Of a stretch of DNA of 64,000 bases, positions 8,426-18,248 are shown one piece after another. The stretch comes from an uncultured Gammaproteobacteria bacterium (lineage in GTDB: Bacteria > Patescibacteriota > Microgenomatia > Levybacterales > UBA12049): the NCBI GenBank assembly GCA_965230895.1, contig OZ246394.1, positions 377,316 through 441,315 of the forward strand. The letters are read 5' to 3'. Positions within the stretch are counted from its first letter, which is position 1. Each line of letters starts with the position of its first letter. Under the pieces are notes generated by a model. The model was not told the DNA's origin. It saw only the letters and a program-made list of their open reading frames with translations, and did not search any database. The translations under genes were made by a program, and so were the position numbers.

Positions 8426-9643
8426 ATGTTCAAGAAAAATCGTTCAACAAATTTTAGAAAAGGCCGAAATAGCGGTTCAAATCAACATGCACAAAATTCA
8501 TCTCCATCAAAGAGGTTCAGTACTGCTCGAAGAAAAAAGCAAATTAAAAAGCTTGATGAAACACTTTTCATAAAAACAGCGCTCGCTAAAGAAGAAAAAA
8601 CAGTAGTCTCAGATGCAAAATTTACTGATTTTGCCCTGGATGAGAAGCTTCAGAGAAATATCCAAGATAATGGATATGAAACTCCCACTCCTATTCAAGA
8701 ACAATCCATTCCTTTTATTCTTGAAGGTAGAGATGTTATCGGTATTGCGAATACAGGCACTGGAAAAACTGCCGCGTTTTTAATTCCTTTAGTAAATAAA
8801 GCGCACCTTGATCATAATCAGCGAATTATTATTGTTACTCCAACTCGTGAATTGGCGAAACAAATTGCAGATGAATTGCATAAATTTATCAAAGGCATGG
8901 ATCTTGGTGTTGTTTTGTGTATTGGTGGATCTGATATGGATCGACAGGTAAAAAAACTCAAGCACAATCCTCATTTTGTTATTGGAACACCGGGGAGATT
9001 GAAAGATCTTATCGACAGAAACAAAATTAATCTTGGATTATTCCGGAATATTGTCCTCGATGAAGTTGATAAGATGGTTGATATCGGATTTATCAATGAT
9101 ATCAATTACTTTATCTCGTTATTGCCTGAAAAGAGACATTCACTCTTCTTTTCTGCAACCATTACTGATAAAGTAAAAAGTATCCTTAATAACTTTGTAA
9201 CCGATCCCAAAACAATTTCAATTAAAAAGCAAGAAACTTCAGAGAACATCGATCAAGATGTGGTACGTGTTAAAAACGGCAATAAGATAGATATGCTTCA
9301 TGATTTACTCGTAACAGAAGGATTCGATAAAGTCCTTATTTTCGGGAGAACAAAATGGGGTATCGAAAAACTCATGAAATCTTTGCAAGAACGAGGATTC
9401 AAAACAGCAACAATTCATGGAAATAAGACACAAGGCCAAAGACAGCGAGCCCTTGACCAATTCAAGCAAGATCAGGTTCGTATCCTGCTTGCAACGGATG
9501 TAGCGTCAAGAGGTTTAGATATAGAAAATGTTACTCACGTTATTAATTATGATGCGCCTGAATCCTATGATGATTACATCCATAGAATAGGCCGTACAGG
9601 TCGTGCTGGCAAGAAAGGGACAGCGCTTACTTTTGTAGAATAA
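8426..9643 (+). CDS. DEAD-box ATP-dependent RNA helicase (start moved to ATG 8426, preceded by TATAAT at 8412-8417; the ORF track begins at 8369)
   Basis: Motifs Q (TPIQ), I ANTGTGKTAAF, Ia PTRELA, Ib TPGR, II DEVD, III SAT, VI HRIGRTGRAG. Confidence 0.85.
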   Translation: MFKKNRSTNFRKGRNSGSNQHAQNSSPSKRFSTARRKKQIKKLDETLFIKTALAKEEKTVVSDAKFTDFALDEKLQRNIQDNGYETPTPIQEQSIPFILEGRDVIGIANTGTGKTAAFLIPLVNKAHLDHNQRIIIVTPTRELAKQIADELHKFIKGMDLGVVLCIGGSDMDRQVKKLKHNPHFVIGTPGRLKDLIDRNKINLGLFRNIVLDEVDKMVDIGFINDINYFISLLPEKRHSLFFSATITDKVKSILNNFVTDPKTISIKKQETSENIDQDVVRVKNGNKIDMLHDLLVTEGFDKVLIFGRTKWGIEKLMKSLQERGFKTATIHGNKTQGQRQRALDQFKQDQVRILLATDVASRGLDIENVTHVINYDAPESYDDYIHRIGRTGRAGKKGTALTFVE

Positions 9644-9646
9644 TAT

Positions 9647-9919
9647 ATGAATACTCCAAATCGAATTATTAATCCGTGCACTCGATGCGGTAAAGAGAGA
9701 ATACTTTTTAAGAGCTGGGATGAAGAAATCCCTACTTTTGGAAATACGACAATGAAGGTTACAAGATCTCTTAATGTTTGCCCGGATCCAGAATGCCAAA
9801 AAATTGTTGCTGCAGGATTGGATGCTGAGAAAAAGAAACGTGACAAGATTAAGGCAGATAGAGAAGAAAAACTACGTGAACGAATGAAAGGCAAAAACGG
9901 AGTAAAAGAAGAGAAATAG
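9647..9919 (+). CDS. Small zinc-ribbon-like protein with a Lys/Glu-rich tail; unknown function
   Basis: CxxC (CTRCGK) … CPDPEC pair; C-terminal KKKRDKIKADREEKLRERMKGK. Confidence 0.4.
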   Translation: MNTPNRIINPCTRCGKERILFKSWDEEIPTFGNTTMKVTRSLNVCPDPECQKIVAAGLDAEKKKRDKIKADREEKLRERMKGKNGVKEEK

Positions 9920-9922
9920 TCT

Positions 9923-10969
9923 CTATTTTTTACCTGCTAATTTATAATAACTTTGTTTTGTTTTCCCAAATTTCTCCAATAATCCTTTTGTAACCAAGGA
10001 GGAAAGCAACGAATGAGCTTGTTGTCGTGTTACTTCAAAAGCTTTTTCAATATCTGCTGTCTTAATAGCCTTTTTATCAATAACAATTTGAAGCACTTCT
10101 TCTTCTCTTGGCGTTACCAGAACTCGCTTTTCGCCTTCTATAGTGTCCAAGTTTGTACGTTTTAAGTCGTCGATGCGGGCAATAGCTCCTTGCAGTGAAC
10201 TTGCAATTCCTTCTAGGAAATATTCGAGCCATTGCGTTTTATCACCTTTATCTGCACTGTGCAGACAGTCTGAATACAATGTTCTGTCGACGTCATAATA
10301 ATCATCAAGGATAAAGTATTTAGAGACTTCATAATGTTCCTGCAATAAATAATATGTCGTAAGAATTCGAGCAAGCCTTCCATTGCCATCAAAAAAAGGA
10401 TGAATGTACGCAAATTGGTGATGCATAATTCCGGCTTTGATGAGTGGAGGAAGTTCTCCCTCGTCTTTTAACCAGGTAAATAATTCCTCCAAAGCAACTT
10501 TGATTTCTTTTGCTGTATGAAAGGGTGGATTATGTTTGATTACAATTTCTTGCTTTGTCTGATGGCCAACGAAAACTCCCCCATCTCGGATATGACCAAT
10601 ATCTTTTTTTTCATCAATCCCATCAAGCAACATGCCTTGTAACATTTCAATTCGCTCTACCGTGATAGGTTTTCTGTCTCTGACATAAGAAGGTAATAAA
10701 GTTAAAATATTAAAATAGTTTGAAACTTCTTTTTCGGATTTTGTCGTAGGAATTTGGTCACCGAGGATAACATTAGTGACATCTTGCGGAGACAAAGGAT
10801 TTCCTTCAATACTAGTGGAATAATGCGTAGCAAGTATTTGGTTTTCTTGAGATAGGCGCAGAGATAATGAAGGAATCAGCTTTTCGCCTTGAATTTTTCC
10901 ATAAAGCCGTTCAATATTTCCTAAAATGTTAAGAATTCTGAAATTGAGGGTAAATTGTGGCTTAAACAT
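9923..10969 (-). CDS. Fic-family protein (AMPylation/adenylyltransferase-type) with a C-terminal winged-helix-like domain
   Basis: Canonical Fic motif HPFFDGNGRLARILTTY. Confidence 0.8.
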   Translation of the reverse strand: MFKPQFTLNFRILNILGNIERLYGKIQGEKLIPSLSLRLSQENQILATHYSTSIEGNPLSPQDVTNVILGDQIPTTKSEKEVSNYFNILTLLPSYVRDRKPITVERIEMLQGMLLDGIDEKKDIGHIRDGGVFVGHQTKQEIVIKHNPPFHTAKEIKVALEELFTWLKDEGELPPLIKAGIMHHQFAYIHPFFDGNGRLARILTTYYLLQEHYEVSKYFILDDYYDVDRTLYSDCLHSADKGDKTQWLEYFLEGIASSLQGAIARIDDLKRTNLDTIEGEKRVLVTPREEEVLQIVIDKKAIKTADIEKAFEVTRQQAHSLLSSLVTKGLLEKFGKTKQSYYKLAGKK

Positions 10970-11028
10970 AATTCTATTGTAAAAAATCCCTCATCATTTG
11001 TCAATATATATGTAAATATTATTGTAAA

Positions 11029-11580
11029 CTAGAATTTATCAGGATACAGTTCCTTTAAGGTTGGATTTTTTGTATCTTTTTCAGATAGTGTAGGCTCTCC
11101 TTCTACTTCCCATTTCACATTCAATGTAGGATCATTCCAAGCTAGGTTAGATTCTAGACCTGGTGCCCATTCTTGGTCGGTAAGGTACGTATAGTCAGCC
11201 TCATCACACAATACAAGATATGAATTGCCACAACCTGCAGGTACAAATACACTTTGCTTTGTTTCATCGCCAAGGATAAAAGATTCGTATTTTCCAAAGG
11301 TTGGAGATCCTTCTTTTAAGTCGACAATAACGGCCTGAATCTTGCCTCGAGTTGCGTAAATCAATTTGTTCCAAGGCGCTATATGAATGCCTCTCAGTGT
11401 ACCTTTACTTGATCGAGCATGATTTGCTTGAACAATCTTGAAAGGTTTTCCTGTCTCTTCTTCTAAATGTGGAACTCGGATTGATTCTCGGAAGAATCCT
11501 CTATCATCAGCAAACGTTGGACGGACAATTGTAAATACACCTTCTAAAGATGTTTTATTAATAAAATTTGTGGCGCTCAT
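11029..11580 (-). CDS. rmlC: dTDP-4-dehydrorhamnose 3,5-epimerase-like cupin (RmlC family)
   Basis: RmlC-like segments …FADDRGFFRE…, …QANHARSSKGTLRGIHIAP…, …SVFVPAGCGNSYLVL…; typical ~185 aa. Confidence 0.65.
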   Translation of the reverse strand: MSATNFINKTSLEGVFTIVRPTFADDRGFFRESIRVPHLEEETGKPFKIVQANHARSSKGTLRGIHIAPWNKLIYATRGKIQAVIVDLKEGSPTFGKYESFILGDETKQSVFVPAGCGNSYLVLCDEADYTYLTDQEWAPGLESNLAWNDPTLNVKWEVEGEPTLSEKDTKNPTLKELYPDKF

Positions 11581-11915
11581 AATCCTTTTGGTTTTGTCTT
11601 ACGACGTTCTATTTTACGCAATGTATACATGATTCGTTGGTCAAGATTAATATTTTTGATACGTGCGAAGCGTATGATTGCGACCAAAATATCTCCAAGT
11701 TCTTGTTCATAAGTTTCGTCTTGTTGAGCTGATACATTGGTAGGCTTGCGTCCATGTTTTGCCAGATATGCTCGAGCCATTTCTCCCAATTCTTCAACGA
11801 GACTGAGGATTAAAATAGAACCAAATTCAGGATTATTTTTCTGGTCCGCATCAATGGTTTCTAACTTTTTAAAATACTTACCAAAAGGTGAAATTCTTTT
11901 TTGAGCCATAAACAC
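11577..11915 (-). CDS. MazG-like nucleotide pyrophosphohydrolase domain protein (4-bp ATGA overlap with rmlC)
   Basis: MazG-type EExxE-like helix …SLVEELGEMARAYLAKHG… and …ELGDILVAIIRFARIKNINL. Confidence 0.55.
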   Translation of the reverse strand: MFMAQKRISPFGKYFKKLETIDADQKNNPEFGSILILSLVEELGEMARAYLAKHGRKPTNVSAQQDETYEQELGDILVAIIRFARIKNINLDQRIMYTLRKIERRKTKPKGL

Positions 11916-11983
11916 TTTTAACTCTACTCTTTATCGATTATGTTGTCAATTATGGTATTTCTGCAAAAAATGTCCTATACTTT

Positions 11984-12817
11984 ATGTTGTTCATGAAAAC
12001 CTCTGTGAGTTTATTCTTTAGCGATTTGCTTCCTCAGCGACGAAAATTATTTCATAAAGTAGTAAAAAATGATATTTTTGAGAACTTAACGGTGGATGAG
12101 GGTTTAGAAAAGCTAAAGAAGGCTGGATTAGATGGTATAGAAATTTGTTTGTCTCAATATTATGAAACGACAAATAAAGATGTTGATGAATTAAACGTGC
12201 TGCTTAAAAAGCATGATATGCCTGTGTTGAGCTTACATCAGACATTACGCTTCTTCTCAACTACAAGAATTCCAGAAATCACACGTCTTTTTGAGATTGC
12301 TGAAAAACTCCACGTACGATTAGTTGTACTGCATATGAACTCTGCACAAAAGCAGATCTTTGACCCGGCTTATATCAAAGCGTTACATGCACTTGAACAT
12401 AAATACAATATTAAAGTGACCTTCGAAAATATGGAGAAGCATATCGGTTCATTATTTTATAAGCATCGCTGGCAAGATGTTACATTTGCGGAACTGGTGT
12501 ATAAAACAGATTTTCATATCACTCTTGATACCGTCCATTTAGCTCATTCAGGTGGAGATATCGTGGCATTTTATAAAAAATATAAAGAGAGAATTATAAA
12601 TATTCATTTAAGTGATTATCGACATCACATTTTTAATAGTAGTTTGCGTCCAATGAGATATAAGCATATGCCGATTGGTGAAGGAGAGCTTCCTATCACA
12701 GAGTTTCTCAAAACTTTAAAGAAAGAAAATTATGATGGTTTAGTCACTATGGAAATCCATGGGAACTTAGAAGACATTTGCAACGGAGCTGCTGAAATTA
12801 ATAAAGCAAAAAGGTAA
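11984..12817 (+). CDS. Sugar-phosphate isomerase/epimerase (xylose-isomerase-like TIM barrel / AP-endonuclease-2 fold)
   Basis: …LKKAGLDGIEICL…, …LVVLHMN…, …HLSDY… pattern typical of this fold; family assignment tentative. Confidence 0.5.
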   Translation: MLFMKTSVSLFFSDLLPQRRKLFHKVVKNDIFENLTVDEGLEKLKKAGLDGIEICLSQYYETTNKDVDELNVLLKKHDMPVLSLHQTLRFFSTTRIPEITRLFEIAEKLHVRLVVLHMNSAQKQIFDPAYIKALHALEHKYNIKVTFENMEKHIGSLFYKHRWQDVTFAELVYKTDFHITLDTVHLAHSGGDIVAFYKKYKERIINIHLSDYRHHIFNSSLRPMRYKHMPIGEGELPITEFLKTLKKENYDGLVTMEIHGNLEDICNGAAEINKAKR

Positions 12818-12938
12818 TGAGTATACAATTCTACACTAAAAGCTGTATTTGATTGATATATTTTGCCACAGAATGATGCAACTATAGGGTTATTACTCAT
12901 TGCTATTTCATGCTGAAAATGCTATTATCATTCTAGGT

Positions 12939-12963
12939 AGACCGCTTTGAGGCGGTTTCTTTA
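12939..12963 (+). terminator. Hairpin plus T-rich tail (AGACCGC-tttgag-GCGGTTTCTTT) between the isomerase gene and typA; possible intrinsic terminator or attenuator
   Basis: Stem ACCGC/GCGGT with G·U-extended flanks, followed by TTTCTTT. Confidence 0.4.
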
Positions 12964-12970
12964 TGTAAAT

Positions 12971-14788
12971 ATGAATAAATTACGAAATATCGGTATTATC
13001 GCCCACGTAGACCACGGGAAAACAACCTTAGTCGATGCTCTGTTGCGCCAATCTCAAACAAAACTCAACAAAGAAGCTTCCGAAGGGACGCTTATTATGG
13101 ATAACAATGAACTTGAAAGAGAACGTGGTATCACTATCTTCTCAAAGAATGCTTCAGTTGTTTGGAAAGACACAAAGATTAATATCATTGATACTCCTGG
13201 CCACGCGGACTTTGGTGGCGAAGTTGAACGTGTGTTATCTATGGCTGATGGATGTTTGCTCCTTGTTGATGCAAAAGAAGGTCCAATGCCGCAAACACGA
13301 TTTGTTCTGAAGAAAGCGCTTGAAAAGAAAATTAAGATTATCGTGGTGGTAAATAAAATTGACAAACCAGATGCTCGAATCCATCACGTTTTGGATAAAA
13401 CTTTGGATCTCTTCCTTGAACTTGGAGCAGATGACAATACAGCTGACTTTCCTATCGTTTATGCTTCTGCAAAGGCAGGTAAGGCAGGACTTGAAGCAGA
13501 TTTGGATGCAATGACTGACATTACTCCTATCTTTGATGCAATCCTTGAGCACATCCCTGCTCCATCAGGTGATCCAGCAGCACCATTACAACTCCTTATG
13601 ACAACACTTGGTCGAGATGATTACAAAGGAAGAATTGCTATTGGAAGAGTTTACAACGGAACGATTAAAGCTGGACAAGAAGTCATGCATATTAATCGTA
13701 AAGGCGAAATGAAGAGAAACCGATTAACGTCACTTATGACTTTTGAAGGATTAGGTCGAGCTGATGCACAAGAGGTTTCAGCTGGAGATATTGTAGCCAT
13801 TTCAGGTATCCCTGATATCACGATTGGTGAAACAATTGCAGATCCAGCAAATCCAGTTGCAATGCCACTTCTCGCAATTGAAGAACCGACAGTTAAAATG
13901 GCATTTAGTGTCAATGATTCTCCTTTTGCAGGACAAGAAGGTGAATTTAAAACATCACGACAAATCCGAGAGCGATTGATGAAAGAACTCGAGACAGATA
14001 CTGCTCTTCGAGTTGAAGATACAGAAGATGGTAAATGGATGGTAAGTGGTCGTGGCGAACTTCATTTAGCCATCCTCATCGAACGTATGCGTCGTGAAGG
14101 ATACGAATTTGCAGTTGCGCGCCCACAAGTAATTGAAAAAGAGATCGATGGTAAAAAGGTAGCACCTTTTGAACGTGTATTCCTCGAAGCTCCGCAAGAT
14201 TATTCTGGTATTGTAATGCAAAAGATGGGTGCTCGAAAAGCGGTTCTTGAAGACATGACTACTGATGATAACGGAATTGTTTATTTTGAATTTGTTATGC
14301 CGACAAGTGCACTTTTCGGTTATCGAAGTGAATTTATTACAGATACTCGTGGACTTGGAATTATCAATACAAACTTTGATCGATATGATGTCGACAACGG
14401 TGAGCCAATCAAAAGAGAACGTGGTTCGCTTATTGCAAGTGAGAATGGTCAGTCTAATTTATATGGTTTGACTAATATTCAAGAGAGAGGCACACTTTTT
14501 ATCGGTCCGGGCGTTCAAGTGTACAAAGGCCAAGTTGTCGGAGAAAATGCACGTGTTGAAGATATGTCTGTTAATGTTACCAAAGCGAAAGCACTTTCAA
14601 ACATGCGTTCAAAGGGCGACGGCGGTATGGAACACTTTAATGTTCCAAAAGTTATGGATCTTGAAGAATCTTTGGAATTTGTAAATGATGATGAATTAGT
14701 TGAAGTTACCCCAAAAAGTGTACGAATCAGAAAGAAAATTCTTGATGAAGCCCTCGCTCGAAGAATGAAATCACAAGGCCTCCTCTAA
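12971..14788 (+). CDS. typA: Translational GTPase TypA/BipA (start at ATG 12971, MNKLRNIGII…)
   Basis: G1 AHVDHGKTTL, G3 DTPGHADF, G4 NKID; EF-G-like domains; ~600 aa. Confidence 0.9.
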   Translation: MNKLRNIGIIAHVDHGKTTLVDALLRQSQTKLNKEASEGTLIMDNNELERERGITIFSKNASVVWKDTKINIIDTPGHADFGGEVERVLSMADGCLLLVDAKEGPMPQTRFVLKKALEKKIKIIVVVNKIDKPDARIHHVLDKTLDLFLELGADDNTADFPIVYASAKAGKAGLEADLDAMTDITPIFDAILEHIPAPSGDPAAPLQLLMTTLGRDDYKGRIAIGRVYNGTIKAGQEVMHINRKGEMKRNRLTSLMTFEGLGRADAQEVSAGDIVAISGIPDITIGETIADPANPVAMPLLAIEEPTVKMAFSVNDSPFAGQEGEFKTSRQIRERLMKELETDTALRVEDTEDGKWMVSGRGELHLAILIERMRREGYEFAVARPQVIEKEIDGKKVAPFERVFLEAPQDYSGIVMQKMGARKAVLEDMTTDDNGIVYFEFVMPTSALFGYRSEFITDTRGLGIINTNFDRYDVDNGEPIKRERGSLIASENGQSNLYGLTNIQERGTLFIGPGVQVYKGQVVGENARVEDMSVNVTKAKALSNMRSKGDGGMEHFNVPKVMDLEESLEFVNDDELVEVTPKSVRIRKKILDEALARRMKSQGLL

Positions 14789-14789
14789 A

Positions 14790-15416
14790 TTATTTATCAG
14801 GGCACAAATCTCCAAGGGGACAATCTTTACAATCATGTGGTCGCGCTGTGCAGAAATGTCGTCCATGAAGAATTAATCGTGCGGGGAACTCAATCCATAA
14901 CTCTTTCGGGACAATCTTCATCAAATCCTGCTCAATTTTCACTGGATCTTTTTGTGATGTAAATCCGAGCTTGTTGGACATGCGGATCATATGAGTATCA
15001 ATGACAATACCTTCAGGCTTATGAAATGCTTGTCCGAGGACAACATTTGCGGTCTTTCGTGCAACACCAGGTAATGCATCAAGATCTTCCATATTGTCTG
15101 GTACTTCTCCTCCATGCTTCTCAACAATTTGTTGTGCTGCGGCTTTAATATTCTTAGCTTTATTTCCTGCAAAGTTAACGCCTTTAATCAAATTGTAAAT
15201 ATCTTCTACGTCTGCTTCTGCAAAGTCCTTTGGAGTTGGATATTTTTTAAAAAGTGCTGGAGTCAATGTATTAACAAGTTTATCTGTTGTTTGTGCAGCC
15301 ATCATTGTTGCAACAAGAATTTCCATTGGATTTTTGAAATCAAGTTCAATTTTTGGTTTTGGATAGATCTTTTCGAGACGTTTATTAACTTCTAAAACCT
15401 TTTCTTCAAGTGTCAT
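14790..15416 (-). CDS. nth: Endonuclease III (Nth; HhH-GPD DNA glycosylase with [4Fe-4S] cluster); start at MTLEEK…
   Basis: HhH …LDALPGVARKTANVVL…; catalytic K/D region; C-terminal CTARPHDCKDCPLGDLC cluster ligands. Confidence 0.85.
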   Translation of the reverse strand: MTLEEKVLEVNKRLEKIYPKPKIELDFKNPMEILVATMMAAQTTDKLVNTLTPALFKKYPTPKDFAEADVEDIYNLIKGVNFAGNKAKNIKAAAQQIVEKHGGEVPDNMEDLDALPGVARKTANVVLGQAFHKPEGIVIDTHMIRMSNKLGFTSQKDPVKIEQDLMKIVPKELWIEFPARLILHGRHFCTARPHDCKDCPLGDLCPDK

Positions 15417-15435
15417 AAACCGATTATAACAACAA

Positions 15436-16026
15436 ATGTTTTTCGTTGCCAGTTTGACTTTGAACAGAGTGGTGCTTATACTGTTCATCTTTCCTATGGT
15501 CGAACACGAACAACGAAGAATATCTCATAAAGAAACTGACACAAGCAATCCTTCCTCATTAATGGAAGCGATGAAAGCTAATGCTCAGAGTTCTATTTTC
15601 CCTGAAATTAGAGCTGTTTTAGAGCAGCGAGAAGAACAGGCAAAAGAAGCAAAGCCAAATGTCGATGTGCCGGGATTCGCACATGTTGACGATGCAGTCG
15701 CACGAATTCTCACATTCGAAGATCCAGAAGTAACAGAAGCTCGAATAACTTCGTCGCTCCTGCAATCTCCTTTACCGAGCGAAGCCGAGTCGAAAGATGG
15801 CATTGTTAATCAAGGTCCAATGGATGTCATGGATGATCGGGTACAGCAGCGTATTGATCATATCTTTGCTTTGGCCGGTGCGGCAAGACATCCTTATGCA
15901 TTAGAAGATAGTAATCAACTTATTGTAAATGTAACTTCAAAAACAAAACTTGCTCCAGATATTTTGCTTGTTGAAGAACGCTCAATTCGAAGTGTAGCAC
16001 TTCGTTTTGAAAGAGTTCCTAAATAG
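15436..16026 (+). CDS. Hypothetical protein (start uncertain)
   Basis: Open frame with coding-like composition; no recognisable motif. Confidence 0.3.
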   Translation: MFFVASLTLNRVVLILFIFPMVEHEQRRISHKETDTSNPSSLMEAMKANAQSSIFPEIRAVLEQREEQAKEAKPNVDVPGFAHVDDAVARILTFEDPEVTEARITSSLLQSPLPSEAESKDGIVNQGPMDVMDDRVQQRIDHIFALAGAARHPYALEDSNQLIVNVTSKTKLAPDILLVEERSIRSVALRFERVPK

Positions 16027-16073
16027 TTTTTCCCTCTTGCTTTTAACTCCTTATTTTTTGTATAGTAATTGTT

Positions 16074-16565
16074 ATGACAATTATTGACGAGCAAGACCAA
16101 CAAGTAGTTGATGCTGATGAGGTAGATACCACAACAGATACAGATAACGAAACTTTTTCCCAGGACGCAGCAGGTGCAGCAACAATGTTAAATCTTGAAG
16201 AATTAATCAAGAACCACATTGATTCAATTGATAAGCTCAAAGACGAACTTCGAACAGCTCGAGAAATGTTTGAGGATTCTTTCAATAATAATCCTACGTA
16301 CAAGGAACATGTCGATAAGGTAAAAGATGTCCAGAGAGCAAAGAACTCTGTACGACAACAGATCGCAAAACAACCATCAGTTGCATCTCTTGAACAAAAA
16401 GTAAAAGATATTCGCTTTGATATCAGTGAAAAGGGAAAAACACTTTCTGATCTCCTCCAAGATTATAAAGAACAAACAGGTGCAACATCAATCGAAACTC
16501 GAAATGGACAAGTGCTTGAGATCGTCAGTACATCAAAGCTTGTCCGAAGCAAGGGCTCTAAATAA
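16074..16565 (+). CDS. Hypothetical acidic coiled-coil protein
   Basis: Asp/Glu-rich N-terminus (…DEQDQQVVDADEVDTTTDTDNE…), heptad-like central region. Confidence 0.4.
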   Translation: MTIIDEQDQQVVDADEVDTTTDTDNETFSQDAAGAATMLNLEELIKNHIDSIDKLKDELRTAREMFEDSFNNNPTYKEHVDKVKDVQRAKNSVRQQIAKQPSVASLEQKVKDIRFDISEKGKTLSDLLQDYKEQTGATSIETRNGQVLEIVSTSKLVRSKGSK

Positions 16566-16619
16566 TAACTCTTCCTTCTTAAATCTTCATTCATTTTTTG
16601 TTATACTTTCGCTTGTAGC

Positions 16620-18095
16620 ATGAAATTCATCAATAAAGTACTTTTGACCCTCCCCTTTCTTTTTGTTTTTATCTTCTCAATATATAAACCGACAGATCCT
16701 GATTTCGGATGGCATTTAAAATATGGTGAGTATTTTTTTCAACACGGAATTATTCTTAGAGATAATATCTTTTCAACGATGATGCCTGGTTATCATTGGG
16801 CAAATACTTCCTGGTTAACTGATATTCTTACATATGGCGTCTATCAACGTGGAGGTTTCTTTGGAGTAAGTCTTCTTGGAGCATTTGTGGTTACCGCAAC
16901 GTTTTATTTCTTTTCAAAAGTTGCCAAGCTTACAACATGGGATCAGCTTTTTCTTTTTCCGTTGATACTTTATTTGGTTCAACCACTGAATGCAGTCTCT
17001 TTCAGAGGACAACAACTTTCAATGCTATTTATAGGAATTTTGTTTTACCTCCTTAGCTTTCATTCAAGTAGACCAAAATTGCTTTACCTCACGATACCGT
17101 TATTTCTTCTGTGGGCAAACTTTCATGGACAATTTATTTTAGGTTTAGGGTTATTTGCTCTATGGATAGTCCTTTTTATCGCTCAATCGATTATTTCTTC
17201 TCTAAGCGAGCAAAAAGTGACGGAGGGTAAAATAGGAAAAGTATTTATTATTAGTCTTCGACGAGCTCAGGCAATACTCATAATCTTTTTACTTAGCGTC
17301 TTAGCAACGCTTGTGAATCCTTTTGGTTGGGGAATTCATCTCGCTGCAATTTCACACATCGGAAGCCCACTGCTGCAATATATAGCAGAATACCTTCCAT
17401 TTGAAATGTTTTCTATTCCCTGGTGGAATCAAATCATTGCAGGATTATTATTATTTGTTTGCTTCATTGCTCTTTTCTTTGGAGACAAAGTGCGCCAAAA
17501 TTTACCGCTCCTTGGTTCTGGCTTGGCTCTCTTTATTCTTTCTTTTGGTGTTAGAAGATATGCATGGCCAGCTTACTATCTTATTCTTCCTTTACTCGTA
17601 CCGTTATCGACATATCTCAGACCCGATAATAAAAAGCTTACAAAGATATTGAGTGCTGTATTTCTTGTGGTCCTCATCGCTATCGCAGTCGTTTCTAAAT
17701 ACCCTTTTACGACATTTACTCAATACAATTGGACGCTGTATTGTAAAGAAACGAAATGTTCCACGTCGGCTGCAAAATATATAATTGATAATAAACTCAC
17801 CGACAATATTTATACATTATATGGTTGGGGCGGATGGCTTATTTGGGAGTATCCACAGATCAAACCATCTATCGACGGTCGAATGCATCTTTGGCACGAA
17901 AATGGTTATAGCGCATTTGAAGAGTATTACGCAGTTGAACAAAATAACAAAGATATTGATAAAACAAAATATAACACTGTGTTGATTTCTCCCGACAAAC
18001 CTGTCTATGAACGATTAATTAAATTAGAAAATGCGGGGAAATGGAAAATGGTTTACAACGATCCAAATGCTTCAGTCTTTGTCAGGACAGAATAA
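16620..18095 (+). CDS. Polytopic membrane protein (≥10 TM helices plus a C-terminal soluble domain); possible GT-C-type glycosyltransferase or DUF2079-like protein
   Basis: Many hydrophobic helices rich in Trp/Phe; family unassigned. Confidence 0.5.
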   Translation: MKFINKVLLTLPFLFVFIFSIYKPTDPDFGWHLKYGEYFFQHGIILRDNIFSTMMPGYHWANTSWLTDILTYGVYQRGGFFGVSLLGAFVVTATFYFFSKVAKLTTWDQLFLFPLILYLVQPLNAVSFRGQQLSMLFIGILFYLLSFHSSRPKLLYLTIPLFLLWANFHGQFILGLGLFALWIVLFIAQSIISSLSEQKVTEGKIGKVFIISLRRAQAILIIFLLSVLATLVNPFGWGIHLAAISHIGSPLLQYIAEYLPFEMFSIPWWNQIIAGLLLFVCFIALFFGDKVRQNLPLLGSGLALFILSFGVRRYAWPAYYLILPLLVPLSTYLRPDNKKLTKILSAVFLVVLIAIAVVSKYPFTTFTQYNWTLYCKETKCSTSAAKYIIDNKLTDNIYTLYGWGGWLIWEYPQIKPSIDGRMHLWHENGYSAFEEYYAVEQNNKDIDKTKYNTVLISPDKPVYERLIKLENAGKWKMVYNDPNASVFVRTE

Positions 18096-18214
18096 TCCTT
18101 TACTCAGGCTTAAAAATATGGTATTTTAAATATATGATAATCGTAAATAATTCAGTTTGTTGTTGCGCACCTCTCTCGTAGGGAGTTTTTGCGTTACACT
18201 TTTTGTTTTCGTGA

Positions 18215-18237
18215 CCTCCCTCTTGGGAGGTTTTTTT
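18215..18237 (+). terminator. Rho-independent terminator CCTCCC-tctt-GGGAGG-TTTTTTT (a weaker hairpin precedes it at 18172-18190)
   Basis: Perfect 6-bp GC stem, 4-nt loop, 7-T tail; downstream of the 16620-18095 gene. Confidence 0.6.
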
Positions 18238-18248
18238 GTGGTTTTATT

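Noticed and set aside
13035-13552. Alternative-frame ORFs inside typA (13035-13310 +, 13054-13365 -, 13235-13552 -) and similar shadow ORFs inside other conserved genes
   Set aside because: The host genes carry unmistakable family motifs (G1-G4 of TypA etc.), and the shadow ORFs have no motifs.
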